Shown here: positions 1 through 13,101 of the stretch, one piece after another
How positions within the stretch are numbered: position 1 is the stretch's first letter
How the letters are laid out: every line of letters starts with the position of its first letter
From: Phoronis australis
Lineage: Eukaryota; Animalia; Phoronida
DNA length: 64,000 nt
Direction: 5' to 3'
Assembly: GCA_002633005.1 (NCBI GenBank)
Contig: NMRA01000198.1
Location: 194,045 to 258,044 of the forward strand
Notes under the pieces: generated by a model
The model's input: the letters and a program-made list of their open reading frames with translations, nothing else
Databases searched by the model: none
Told to the model about the DNA's origin: nothing
Position numbers and translations under genes: made by a program

Positions 1-84
1 CTATTTATCAATAATATCCGACAGTCCTAAAAAATCATTCTGCGTGGAATTTCTAGACCACGAGCGTCTTCGCTATGTCGGTAT

Positions 85-437
85 TTAATCGTGGCTGTAC
101 ACTTCAAACTTCCGCAGTGTTTCAAAAAGAACGCAAGTTTTGCTGATCTTGCGAGGAACGTGTCCCACTATGATCAGGCCTTTCAGAACAGACGCAGCAT
201 ACTTGTCAACGGGACTGTATCGATCCCCGTACAGATATTCTCCCTCAACAGGAATCCAGGTTACTTTGTACACGTAAAAACCGCGAATCGGAACTTGACC
301 AGTGTTAATGAGCCCGTGGCCAATAAGCGCGCGCTAGCTTCCGATTTCACCCGTTTCCGAGTCCGGGTTTCACCCGCCTTAGGCTACAACAAGCGCCCCC
401 CTTCCGAAACGAATTTTTTTAAGCAGGGTGAATACGG
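85..437 (-). mobile_element. DNA transposon remnant (possibly pogo/Tc1-like end) with a degenerate HIRAN-like domain
   Basis: ORF 85-273 reads YKVTWIPVEGE...DKYAASVLK...IVGHVPRKISKTC, resembling the TE-associated HIRAN-like motif (YKxxWxPxxGE...DxYAV...VGHVPRKIS). The minus strand begins TA-CCGTATT near 437, a pogo-like terminus. Confidence 0.45.
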
Positions 438-696
438 TAGCCCTAACAGATGGTGACATCAACGCCCAAAACGATGATTTTTATTGACACTGGCAGAAAG
501 TTTGTGGTGGCAGACGCAAACGGCCGGGCGACTGAACTCGATCGGGCTGGGCGAGTAGATTTTCTGGCTCACTCGCCCAGCTGGCGAGCAGGGTTTTGAA
601 ATCTGGGTATATCCCTGAATATGTGCGTAAGCAACAACCCATTTGTGTTCTACTTTCAAGAATGTTAATTCGCACTAATAAATCAACAGGTCTTGC

Positions 697-840
697 CTTG
701 TTTTCGTGCTGTGATCCACACCGGCTCACCCTGCGTCCACCATTTGGAATCGGTAGAACCTTTACCCATGCTGAACTTTTCACCGATGTCCGGGTCGTAG
801 AAACTGTTGCCAACAATTCCGTGACTTTCTTCGTATAGGC
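697..840 (-). CDS. ENPP5-like gene copy A, coding exon 2
   Basis: Translates (G)LYEESHGIVGNSFYDPDIGEKFSMGKGSTDSKWWTQGEPVWITARKQ(G), with ENPP motifs HGIVGN and W.GEPVW. Acceptor tttaatgcAG at 842-841 is phase 1, matching exon 1. Apparent donor is AG|GCAAGA. Confidence 0.9.
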
Positions 841-3800
841 CTGCATTAAACGATAATTTGCAACTCACCTGAGTCAAATGTTATTATAAAATACAATACA
901 GTACATGCAATCAAACGCAACTCATGGGAATTAGGAAGAGGATTTATCTCTTTTCACAACTTGCTGTATTCATGACCACAGAGACCTGAGGCGACTCGTA
1001 GCATTCGTTCTCAACGTCAACGGTCGTACGCATATAGACACTCAATTCTATTAGGCTCAAAACTACGTTTTGTCTTTGTTTTCCCCGCCACAATTCTACC
1101 ATAAGTACACTTCGTTGTCTCAATGTTATGGCAACTTTGTGAATGAAAGGACTGAGTGTACAGGGGCGGATCCACGATTTTGAGTTAGGAGGGGCCACGA
1201 CAGAGTATTAGCCAGGATGTTGCCCGTCAGACATTCGCACCTCCAACTGCCGCATGGAATCTGAGAGAATTTTAGGGGGTAGCATTGGGGTATACGAACA
1301 GCTATTCTGTACCTGGCAGGAGATTCGATTTGATTGAACGCCGTTTAACCTTTGACCTGGGATAAGTAGTAAACAATATTCCCCCGGTTGTGCGGTTCCA
1401 AAGTTTAATCATTTTTTATCGCTACGCAGTATATATTTTGTATTTGAAGTTCCCCGAGAGTGAAGATAAGGTATTGTGCTAAACACGTGAAATTTTGTAA
1501 ACATGGAAATTTTTATGAATAAGGTTTGAGATATCCTTAACTTGTGCAATAATTTAGGGGTCCGTTCTTTTCTTAATATACATACAGCTTAGAACCACTA
1601 CTGAATATAATATAACACTTAAACTTAAATTTGTCCTACCAATTGATCGTTAAAAGTCGTGTTCATTTGTTTCATTTAGGTGACAGTCTTCTCCCTACCA
1701 CTAAAATACGTCTATCGCGTGAAAAAAGAAGCTCTTGTTAAGCAATTGAGAGCGGGGTTATACACAAACTGACAAAAGTTCTATCATAATTTTACCAACT
1801 TTACTAATACTACAAGTGCATGTGTGACGTAACTCACTCCTTTATCACGTTCTCCGTCCATAACGCTGAACGTGAACGGCTCTTTCGCAGCCTCCAATCC
1901 AGTGATCCGATCTGGTCTCATTTGATAACCTTAGTAATAGAAATGAAATAACTCACTTTTTATGATATGGTTGCCACAGTTAAGATGTTTAATGTAATGT
2001 TTAAACAAAACAAAACCTTAATTTCTTTTTTAAATGTCATAATAAGCATTTGATTTTCCTTCTAATTTTTGTGGTACGATTCCTAGTTGGAGTTCATGGA
2101 TTTTCTGTGTTTAATTGATGTATTTCACTGTTGACCAACATCAGCGTCTATATATTTACTAATATCTAAATTGTGTTAAAATGTAGTTCCTTTAATTCCG
2201 TATGACTTCGTTTTGTTTTTCTTGTTTTCTTTGTGTCTTTACTCATTTTTTGTTTTTACTTTAATTATTAAAAATACTATAACTCTATGTAAATGTATAA
2301 ATACATGTAAGCCTAGATTAATGTATAATGGCCCGTTTCGTGGTCTAATTCTCTGCACTATTATTGCAAAAGTGATCTAGTTCGGTCTTAGCTAAAGGAC
2401 CGTTGGCAATAATCGCTATTTTCTCGAACTGACAAACCCCTCGCTTGCTCCTAGCGTGCGCTTCTGACGTTACAAAATGGCGTTGTTCCATAACAGGTGT
2501 CAACGATTTTATTTGCTTTCAAGTCGTAAAAATATGACGAAACTTGTAACATCAGAATTATGGCCAAGATATAACAAAGAAGAAAAAATACATGATTAAT
2601 TGTTTGAAAATAATGTTTTATGTCTACACCAACACCGACATTTAAGTTTGAATCACATTTGCAGTGTAACAGATACAAAATAAAAGTTTAGTCACGTTTA
2701 CGCTTTTGGAGGAGGGAGTGTGAAAGGAACAGCGTACTGTTTGTACACTCGTGGAAATGACAATTGTAAACCCTCCCTAATACGTTCGTAACTTCGATTT
2801 CAGTTTAAGCACGCAGTTCTTTACGGTGGCTTGTGAAGGGTGTCGGTGAGTCTGAAAAGGAAAAAATACTGCATTGCTTCACTTCCAATATTTTCACCTT
2901 TCTGAAAATCGCTGCGTCGAGTTTTTGCCGCCTTAGTAACGACCGGGCTTACAACATTTGATAAGACTGAACCTCGGATCACCGTTATGATTACAGTCAA
3001 ATTCAAGGTTTCATGACCGCGGAGAAATTGTGTCAGCTGGGGGTTAAGGTGTCAGTTCATATTTGATCCGCACCCTTAGCAAAGAAAATCTTACTACGCC
3101 TATACTTTCATTCGTTTTTTTTTAGTAGTCTTTTTCTGTAAAATTTTCATAGGTATTGAATTTCAGTGGTTACTGAATCTAACAATTTACGTTCTCAATT
3201 TTAAGTACCTCAGTAAGACGCTGAATTGGTTCGTTCTTGTTTTTTGTTTGTTTTTGACAGAGGACTTAGCTACTGTATTTGTTCTGTGTTGGTTTTGTAA
3301 AATATTATTTTACATAGTCAGGATTTCAAGGGTCACACGTATAATTTTATACTGAATGAAGCATGGTGCGACATTTCACCCTGTTAAGCTGGTTAAGGAA
3401 CAAACAACGAATTAGGCCTTGTACTCTCTTAAAACCAGTCTCATGATATTCCTTACCGTGCTTGGATTCTATTTCCGTCACTTGCTATCACAGGCAGTGA
3501 GCACTTACGCCATTTTTGATTCACAATTCAAAGGTTGGACAACTCCAAATGAAAGCGTTTCTTGAGTCGTTTATGGTTTCAGTGTTCTTGAAGGCAACGG
3601 TAAAAGGATTGTTACGAGAATTGTTGTATGTCAGTTAAATGCCTGGTTCAGTTTTCTTTAGCCAATAATGCAAAATACAGCTCTAAGTTCAGTTAAGCAA
3701 AATGCAGTTTTAAATTTTGTTTTATCATGTATGCGACTTTCTGGCTATTGTCTGGCGTTTGGTTTGTAGTAGACTCAATTGGACTTAATGGTTAAAGCAG

Positions 3801-5102
3801 TGGACACGCATGCCTGAAGTTATGGCGACTCTCCCTCCTTGTAGTCTTCATAACAAGACAAAGTAAGGATATTACAGGCACTAGACAATGCCGCATGTCA
3901 TGTACTCTTTAGTTTGGTTATTTGTTAATTTACAACCCCCCCCCCTCCCCACACACACATAATTGGTTTGGTTGTTCTAAAGGTATTATTGAACTGAACT
4001 CTATTATGGAGGCGTAGGCCCTACCCGAACAATGAGGCACGCTAAAAGAACATTGTGAGTGGGTGAGTTTTGACTAAGCTGAGTGCAATAAAATTTACCT
4101 TTCCACTTTTATAGTGTATGGCAGAGAGTTTGGTAAAACGGGCTTATCAATTACACCGAGTGACCTATTTAATGATAATAAACCCTTGATTGACTGACAT
4201 TTTGCCATAAGAAAATGTGTTCGAGACGATACACCTGTGTAAGTTGGGGTAAAATATTTTTTGCTATGATTAATGGGTGCAAATTGCAGGCAATCAGATA
4301 AACTTTATTTACACCTACCGACTAAGACATGATGGAAGGATCCTGATAACATGAAGTATAACTTATTTTATAGCTTATTGGACCTGATGTTGAATTATAT
4401 CCACAAGCCAGCTGCATGCTGTGAGATACATCAACTGTCCGGCATAACCAACGACACGTTTTCAAATAATTCCTGAAAAATAATCATAGTATTGTTTATG
4501 CAACAGCGTCTCCCGGTTTAGAGGCCGCCAGTAATTACATCTTTGGTGTAAAAAGTACCTTTGAGGCACTGCTGAACGAATGTTTCGTCCTGTTAGAATA
4601 TTTAAAACGGGGGTTATCTTTTTATTGCTATCGTCCATGTGTTCGTAACAAAATCGAGGCATGATTAGAGAATGCAATGTCAATCGTTGCAGAAACGACA
4701 GTGATATCAGGACTAAAGACTGGTGATTATTGCTTCGTTGCGGACTCGTACTTCAAGATTTGGGTTACGTTACGAGGAGGCAAGAACATCTTGAAACTTA
4801 TGCTGCAAGAAATCCGCTGATGGAAGAGAAACACTGAATTCTATACCGTAATATAAAGTTCCAAACAATAATTACTTCAATGGCCGTCATTTTGCAAGGG
4901 TACGCTTGTGAAGTCGTGAAATACTCGACTTTGACACGCGTGATTTTGAGTGAATTTGATTTACGAGCCATGATCAAAAACTCTAAAAACAGCGTTTGCA
5001 AGCACCCATAAACTTTTTAGATCTCAGAAGCTTTCGGTCACAAATATTCTTAGTTCAAAAAAATACATTTTGCTTTTCTTTTAAAGTAGCCGAATCCTTA
5101 TT

Positions 5103-6284
5103 TTTATCATCTTTGATTGGTTTTCCAATGTTCAAAATTAAAACTACATAAGATTTTACAAGTTTACTTAACAAATACTTTTATTTTCATTTAAAAATGC
5201 TAAAAATATTCATACGTTCATAAATTTTTATTTTAAATCGACCAAAGAAGCTTGAACAAATTAAGGTCGCTCTCAAGACCAGGCTGATATATGAGTGCCA
5301 CAAAATTATATCAGTATAGCTCCCGAAATGGCTAAAGGGGGCGAAAACGGAAAAGTTCTGACTTAGACAATCAATCGTAAATATCATCAATAACTCGTGG
5401 TTAGTGAACTTATAAGCGCTGCTAGTTTTTATTGACAGCCAGAACCGATTCCACTTTCCATTCTTCGAGCCAATAAGCACGCGCTCAGCGGGGTAAAGTT
5501 GAGGTGACTGGCAGTTAACTGAACCTTTTCCACTATTATTGTTAGATAATGCATGGACAAATGGCTTTAGGGATTTTTTGGTGCCCGTCTTAAACCAATC
5601 GTTATTCCGATGAATAACGTACAAAAAATCAGTTCATTTTCAGTTTCACCCGTCTCGTTCGCTATATTCGCGGCAGACAACTTTAAAAGTAGTTTCACCG
5701 GGACTCTCCACGTTTTATAAACGTATACATTTATTGAATTTGCATTGGGGTCAAAAGTGCGTCTTATCAACTCCGCGTGTTTATCGCCAGGTACACACTA
5801 GCTGAAGTTAACGGATCCTGACCTCTTAAAACAGAATTGTGCATTTGTACACTTTGTAAGTGCATTTTGATTCTGTAGTTTGCGGAGATAATCGACATTT
5901 TAAATGACGCCTTATCGCAAGGTATCATAAAGCAGTAAGAGAGTAATTGACCTGTGGTCCTAAAACCTTTGGGGGCACAATTGATAGGACTATGAACTTC
6001 ATACTTATTATTACAAAACATTATACCGGAAGAAACTCATTGCAATTTTTTGTCCCTCAGTTCGTTACTGGTTTCAACTGCCCAATCTCGCCAACAATTT
6101 CAGTCTCCTCCCTCTCCCCAAAAAGAAAACTGGCTTCCCCAGTGACTATTGCTAATGCATCTTTCTGGAATAACATCAGAAGCTGTATCAGGTAGATATG
6201 GAGGACGCAGAGATTTAGAACCGCTTACGCTCATTGAAATACACTAATGGAAAATAACGGACGCACGTGTCTCGACTTGACCTA
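5103..6284. repeat. ~1.2-kb block paralogous to 51552-52797 (intron 1 of ENPP copy A)
   Basis: Colinear, same-orientation similarity from 'catct..gattgg.tttccaatgttcaaaattaaaactacata' through 'ctcgacttgacct'. Confidence 0.85.
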
Positions 6285-6388
6285 ACGTTTTTTCATTCCA
6301 ATTTGTCAATGAGGTTCTTTGTATTTTCCCAAGAAAACAGGTTTTGAAAAAAAAACACACTTGAGGCGTAATTTCTCTGCATTATTAC

Positions 6389-6620
6389 CTGTAACCAGCG
6401 TGTAGTGATTCGGAAATGTGGACGTCGTGAATGCAGTATTGATGTATTTAGCCTTGACACCTTCTCTCGCCATTCGCTCAAAGTTTGGCTTGTGTCGTAC
6501 ACGATCCAAGTAATCGTACCGAAACCCATCCATCGAAATCAAGAGTACTCGACCAGAGTACGCAGTGTGGCAAGTATGTACAAAAAAACAAATAACGAAG
6601 ACGAGAAGTCGCAATATCAT
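6389..6620 (-). CDS. ENPP5-like (type I phosphodiesterase / nucleotide pyrophosphatase) gene copy A, coding exon 1
   Basis: MILRLLVFVICFFVHTCHTA signal peptide, then VLLISMDGFRYDY and TSTFPNHYTLVTG (metal-binding Asp and catalytic Thr motifs). Donor G|GTAATA at 6388. Confidence 0.95.
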
Positions 6621-7355
6621 GTTGCAAATACCACTTTACACTTTATGTTATCCGCGCGTGACGAATTCCGGAAGCAGGTGAGCAGTCTTCTTGGATAGTG
6701 AAAGGAACACACCCTGGTCGCACTTGTGTTAACATATATTAGACTGGATGAACCTGTTGAGCGCTTATCGTGGACGGAAATAGGTTGATCAAATTCAGTG
6801 ATGTCATATGCACAGGCACACAATGTCGTCTATGCCACTGATATTACTATTCAAATATTGACAACACAATACGGGCCAAATGGGTGTGCAAACAAAATTG
6901 TTAATATTTTACTCGTTGAGATTAACACGGTGTACATGTGGGTGATGCAGAACCTCGACAACTTCCAGTGACAAAGCCAAAACGTGGATGGAACGCTATT
7001 AAATACTTACCAATTGGGTCACACGTGTCATCATCGAGGAATCGTTACATTGCTGACCTTCACCACCAAATAGTGGGCGATGACGATATGTGTTTTAAAT
7101 TAGTTTTAATTGCAATAATTGTAATTAAGTACCTGTGTCCACTTTCTTATTCTTTGACGTTGGAGACAGTTCCTGGGCAAAGTTCCATAAAGCAAGTTTC
7201 TGCATTACAAGCAAATCACGTGACCAGTTTAACTTTTCTCAATAGCGTCTTGCGTCTACAGAACGCGTCCTGTTGCTTAAGCCAGGGTAAGTGCTTCGCT
7301 AATACATCCACTTCAAACAGTTGTTGCAATCCCAATATTTACTATGCATATTGAA

Positions 7356-8314
7356 GGATTTGTTCTCGACGCTGTTGTTCTTTTAAGTAATCTTTGAGAA
7401 AGTGTCACTGCATGCGCGCACCCAGGGGGGTTCGATGGGCTCGAACGAGCCCCCCATTTCGCGAAGTGGGCAAAAAGGTCCACCTCAGAGAAACAAAAAG
7501 TCCGAGAAAACGAGACAAACGTCCACTAAAAGGGCAGAAACTATCAACATTTGTCGAACGCATTATTCACAGATCTGATCGTATCTGGTTTTTTTAGTTA
7601 AAGGACAACATTCTCAAAAATTCGAGTCCCCACATTTTTATGCTGGGTGCGCGCATGCACTGCTAGTGATGTCACAAAAGTAAAAGTTCAGCGTTGAAGG
7701 CAATCAAGCTCGTCACCTACTGTGAGCTCTAGAATGATGGACCAGAACAAAAAATAATTATTATTCCGCATAGGACAGGTTAGAAATACACCTTAGTTCT
7801 AAAACAATTGTGTAATCAAAATTCTAAAAATAAAAGAGAATGTAATAATGAAATCCATTGCATTACATTCTGATTAATTAACTAATTAGGGATCAAACAA
7901 ATTTGTAATATCAATTAACTTATCGTATAATAGTACCATCAAAAGGAAATGAATCAGTGAGGTCATACAAACGATTAATTAAACCAACTGGGGAAATAAT
8001 TTCAATGATTCAAAAGGCTGACACCGGATAAAGAGAAATAATTAAAACATGGGTCCCTCATAGCTGCCTCACGGGTTCTTTGGTGCCGTTTGGTATAAGT
8101 ACGTTGTTCAGTTAAAGTTGAGGCTGCAGTAAATGTATTAAAATGGTAATTAACTAAGTTTTATATTAATAAACGTGACTGAGTACGTTACGTACGGTGT
8201 GAAACTGCTTTTCAAACTTGTTTTACATCCCTTAAACCGTAAGATGCTTCCACTTAACTGAACCCGAATTCACGTTGAAATACACGAGTTCTGAAAATTT
8301 CGTGAGAAAAGTCC
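7356..8314. repeat. Upstream block of ENPP copy A, paralogous to 55547-56280
   Basis: Colinear similarity from 'ggatttgttctcgacgctg' to 'gtgagaaaagtcccca'. Confidence 0.85.
7411..7657. mobile_element. MITE with CATG termini and 5-bp TSD (hAT5-like)
   Basis: 15-bp TIR catgcgcgcacccag / ctgggtgcgcgcatg, flanked by CACTG on both sides. The paralogous site near 55596-55612 lacks the insert. Confidence 0.85.
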
Positions 8315-8483
8315 CCAGATCCTCTGTGGCATACCCCACCCCCATGCTGTCCCTAGGTCCTTGTCAGTCCCAAGATCCTCCGTGACATATCCCGTCTCCT
8401 ATGCTGTCCTTGGGTCCTTGTCAATCGCCAGATCCTCTGTGGAAAAACCCGTCCCCCATGTTGTCCGTGGGTCCTCGTCAGCC
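8313..8483 (+). repeat. Minisatellite, about 3 copies of a ~57-bp unit
   Basis: Unit ~agatcctctgtgg...cccatgctgtcc..gggtccttgtcag repeated three times. Confidence 0.8.
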
Positions 8484-10504
8484 ACCCGAGCACATGGCAT
8501 CGGGAATTGACACTCGTGTAGTCATACACGTGACGGCTCAAAATGTAAATGTGCACTTTTTGTTGGTATCTGATTTACACGTTGATGTAGGCATCTATGA
8601 AAAAAGGACTGAAGCTTCTAATTTGTATGTGAATTACTATTAATTTTAAGGTAACATTACCACAAGTCCATGTTTCAGAAGGTTTGTATGGAACTTGACA
8701 CCAAATACAAAAATCTACTAGATGATTTGCCACTTTGAAAAAGTTTTTAAATAGGCATGGAACGCGAAACGAAGTTGCGAGTAGTTGACAGACCGTTTTT
8801 CTGAAATTTGAAACTACAAGAAAATACTTAGATATGAAGAGAAATTAAAAAAAAAATTACGAAAAAACTTTGAAAATGCCTGGTGAGCAGGTTCAATTCT
8901 GTTTCATTTGCTGAGAACCAACCTCAATATTGCAATTTAGTCTCTTTATCGCGTTTTATGCCTCTCTAAAACCTTTACCATCAAAAACTACAAAACGCTG
9001 ACCTTATTTCATCAACCAAGGGAAACATTCAAATTTACATGACTTGATAAACGGGAGTAACACTATGTCGTCTGTCCTCCCTTTAGTTTGTAAACTCGCT
9101 TACATTTTTTCCAAACTTTTAAGGGGGTGGCCTATGTTTACATAATGTTATTTTGTTTTAAAGACATGGGTGGGAAAGTCGTTTCTAGTGTCTCTTCATA
9201 AGCCAAAACAGGGTTTGGAATCATTGTATGTTTTTCGCAACAATTCCCGGCAATAATTTTAGCACAGGTAATTGGTAATTAATATGACTGCGTACCCAAC
9301 AAAATAAATGTCTATTGTTTGATATGCCTACAACTACTGGAACGATATGTGTGATCGAGACTATATGATGAAACTTAATTTTTATCAAGCCGCACAGTGT
9401 TTTTGGTGTACGCTTCACCCAGATACATTTGTGCCATGGACAACACAAACACTGAGGTGACATTGCTGTGCTTGGAATCCTACTTAATCTTAAAATCACG
9501 TATGCGTGAACATTGAATACACAACGGAACTTGGAAAGTTCACTCAAATAATCACTTTCACGTTGATAAAACTAGCACTACACTAAAGCAAATTACATGT
9601 TTATAAAAGGATGTAAGTTTAACCAATCTCTTTCAACTATGGACGATTTTGTTCACTAAACAAAAATGATTAGACAATCACACATTCCTCCGATTATGTG
9701 ACACAAGTTCCAGTTAAGGAGAAAATGGGTAATCGTGAGAACAATAACAGCAGAAATTCTTTAAAATGAACAAAACATTTCACTTGATTGACTCAATGAA
9801 TAACTCCAAGTTCAATTTTGAGATTAAGCAAGATTCCAAGTTCACGTGCGGCAACATCACTTGTATGCCATTAACAACACAAACAGGTGGCGCTACATAT
9901 TTGCCATGAACACCACCAACAGGTGACAAAGCTTATATGAATTAATGAAAGGTGCCAATGCTTATATAATTTTCAAAAATAAAAGTTCGTTACATCGTTG
10001 CTACACTCTTCTGTACACTATTGGAATATTAGAACATTGTAATTTAACAAAATGGCATATTTAGGGGTACAAATTAAAGATCCAATATTTGGTAAATATT
10101 GATCAATATTCAACATTTGGCTCTTGTAATGAACATGGAACACCTTCGTATTACTTGTGTTATCACGGGCTCACCCAATTGTTAGAAAAATGTTTTCACA
10201 ACAATTGCTCAATATATTTAAAGGGAGCTGAGACACTATTTTTCATCAATAATGACGCATTGCATGTGAGCTCTAAATATCAATATTTTATCATTTGATC
10301 ACCTAATTCATTAGCAAATTGCACCAAAAGTTTAAGGCGGAAACTTAACAAACATCTCATAATGGTTACAGGCACGTTGTACCAGACACGCGCAGGCCAC
10401 TTAGATGGGCTCATTGCATTGACCACCTAAAACCATGTTATGATTTATTGATTTGTAATTAAAAGCGTGCTTAGAAGCTACAGAACTGACTCAAGGGTCC
10501 GGCA

Positions 10505-10580
10505 GAGTGCCCCACTGGGACTCGAACCCACGATTTTGAGTAAAGGAAGCGAACGCTTATCCTACTACACACTATCTCCT
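10505..10580 (-). mobile_element. tRNA-derived SINE head or tRNA pseudogene
   Basis: B-box GGTTCGAGTCC (reverse complement of 10518-10528) with an A-box-like TAGTGTGTAGTAGG upstream. The cloverleaf is poor. Confidence 0.45.
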
Positions 10581-10805
10581 CACAGACAGAACTCCCATAA
10601 AACGTATTGTAGAGTTCAGTAGCTGTCTCGTGACTTGAAAAATCTAACCTAAATCACGTGTTCTCATTTAAAATTTACAGTATCTCAAGTAATCTCGCAA
10701 AGTCTTGGTTTTTAGCGAGGTCCTTAGCGTAGATCCTAGCGTTACGGAATTCTACCTTGTTTTAACGCTCTCTACAACACAAGGTCCACTGATTACACAA
10801 ACTAT

Positions 10806-12532
10806 TTAGTGGTTTGCATTTTTAAAGAACTTTTCCCCTAGAATGAGTGTGGCAATCATAAAACCATGAAAATGGTTTAACGAGCTGGCCTCATTAGTTT
10901 CATCTGTTGTGGGTTCAGAGCTATCTTGAATGAACTTGCTGAGGACGGTCAAAGAACCATTATGTGGCGCAGGTGTAAGTCCGACCAGTTTACATGTCAT
11001 GAGGTAGATGTCAAAGCTGTCAAACGGTTCAGAAACAAATCACTTTTTAAACTTCCGGCCCCTGATAAGGAAAAAAGCCTCCATAGCCGTGTCTACCGAC
11101 GTAAGACCGAGGCGCACTGGTTTGGAACAAAAACTTGAACGCACTTACCCACCAAAACAGTTCTAACGCCTGGAACAGTTTCAAATAGCCTGCTATAAGT
11201 TGTGCATAATTAGCTAGATTAGTAGATAAAGGATAATTTGCTGTGGTTTGTAGCTCGACTGTATTTGAGACATGCGTTCACTGGCTAAGACAATGAAATG
11301 CGATGTTTGTTTTCTTTGTGCCGTCCGCCGGTCGTTTTTGTCCCCCATCCAGGGTAGTATACAAATTTATCTGTGCTGGATGAGGCTCCAGTAATACAGG
11401 TGACACTGTTCGCCATATGAAAACCCGGACCAGGGAAACCTACATTCTGACAGAGGTTCACATTGTATTAATATTCTTCTGCAGAGTGTGACGTGTCAAT
11501 CGATTACGCGTTTTATTCGGAGTATTGGACTTTAGTCGTAATGACAGTTTAGTCAGATCTACTTCCTGTGGTCATCATCTTCTTGTCTCAGACCATGAGG
11601 TCATGATAAAATAAAGTGATATTTTATTAGTTAAAATCTACGAGTTAACAGCAATTCGTTACACAGAGTTCCAATCATTGTTATCAACAATGCTTTTTCA
11701 ATGACTTGGCTATAACAGAAAAAGCAGAAACAACAAAGGAGCTTAAAATTCGTGAGGTTCTACACATCTGTTGGTACTAGCCTAGTCTCAATAGGCAACT
11801 AGCTGGCACATTGTTAGTCTAGTTTATTGTAACTCCCAGTAACTGATAGAGTCTGTTTCATTACTGGTTGGGCCTAGAAAGGTGGCCACTGAAATTTTTC
11901 ATCTGATGAGGCTGTTTCAATAAACGCCACCGAAATGTGTCAAGTCGGTTTAAATCCTTTGTTTGTTTCTATTGACATTTGATGGTAATAGCTATCATGG
12001 AAACCACAGAAATGAACACATGTAGAATATAGGACGGTGTTTATTGCATGACAAAGGTCTAAAGCATAGAAGCGATACAACGAGTCAAAACCAATTGAGG
12101 TTAAAATGCTCTGAAATTATATTACTGCATTTAATTTACGTAAATAACTTGCCAGCCTTCGTCAGGCATGATGACGATTTCCGGTACTCTTGAATATGCA
12201 GCCTCTCTGGGAAGTCATTCTTTAGGTAGACCGTCATGTTTGGATGAGCATTCTTCAGCGCGGTTTGCACCTCCATTGTCTTGCTCGCTATGCGTATTAC
12301 GTGACATATTGTGCCATATACTGGAGCTTATTGGACGAAGGCTGACATGTTAACAAATTTGGAGATGTTGATCAACGTCTTGGGGTCTGTGTTGGTCATC
12401 CCGTGGTTACTGGTCAGAATGAAGTTGCCCTTTCCCAAAAGGTCATACTTCTCGAAGGTGTCAAGAAGATAACCTAGCAGTGCATCGAGATCCTCAATCT
12501 TGCCAAGTATCCATTCAGAATCCGGACCGTAT
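10806..12532 (-). pseudogene. ENPP5-like pseudogene copy B (last two exons: 12532-12140 and ~11121-10806)
   Basis: YGPDSEWILGKIEDLDALLGYLLDTF...TSNHGMTN, where the SDHG Asp is replaced by Asn. In-frame TAA at 12330-12328. The last exon has an altered acceptor (ttccaa vs ttgcag in copy C) and a deletion after GRHGY. The C-terminus CKLVGLTPAPHNGS is followed by a hydrophobic tail. Confidence 0.85.
11354..12020 (+). mobile_element. Penelope-like element 3' remnant (GIY-YIG endonuclease plus hammerhead-like core)
   Basis: VVYKFICAG*...GDTVRHMKTRTRE from 11354 and ELKIREVLHICWY*PSLNRQL near 11740-11800. CTGATGAG-stem-CGAAA..GTC at 11903-11941. Confidence 0.8.
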
Positions 12533-13101
12533 CTAAAATAGAAGAACCGAAAGTTAAGCTCTCAAAGGACTAAATGCAAATAAGAATCTGTTAAGATACG
12601 TCTACCTGCAGAAACCTATTTAGAAACCGTCCGCAATGATGGCCATTTTACAAATGGGCAAAACTTGGGTTTTAGGGGTATGTAGGACCCTACAGAAATG
12701 TTCAAATTTAGCTTACCTCGGAACATCTTATCACACAAGTGGCTGATCGAAGGAAATGTATAGTTAATTTTATTCTTATTGTGCTATCTTAAATTTTAGA
12801 GCCAAACGTTGTGGAATAGTAAATTATTTACTGAAAATTGTTAACGGCATTTGTAATCCTTTTATGACCCCGTTCATGTCAAGGGTACACGACATTAGGA
12901 CAGCAGCCAAGTACGAGCCAATATTATGCGGGTTTTTAACCTATTGTTATGTAAGAGTTAGCCAGCACCTAAAAAATGTCAGATGGCATTGACGCTAGTG
13001 GGACTGCTTAGTTGTTGTCAGATATTGAGTGTGGGATTGTCAAATATTTAGCTATGCTGTGAGATTGTGCATAATTAATTTATTATATGATAACCATTAA
13101 T

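Noticed and set aside
10505-10580. Functional tRNA gene
   Set aside because: The B-box is present, but acceptor and anticodon stems do not pair convincingly. More likely a SINE head.
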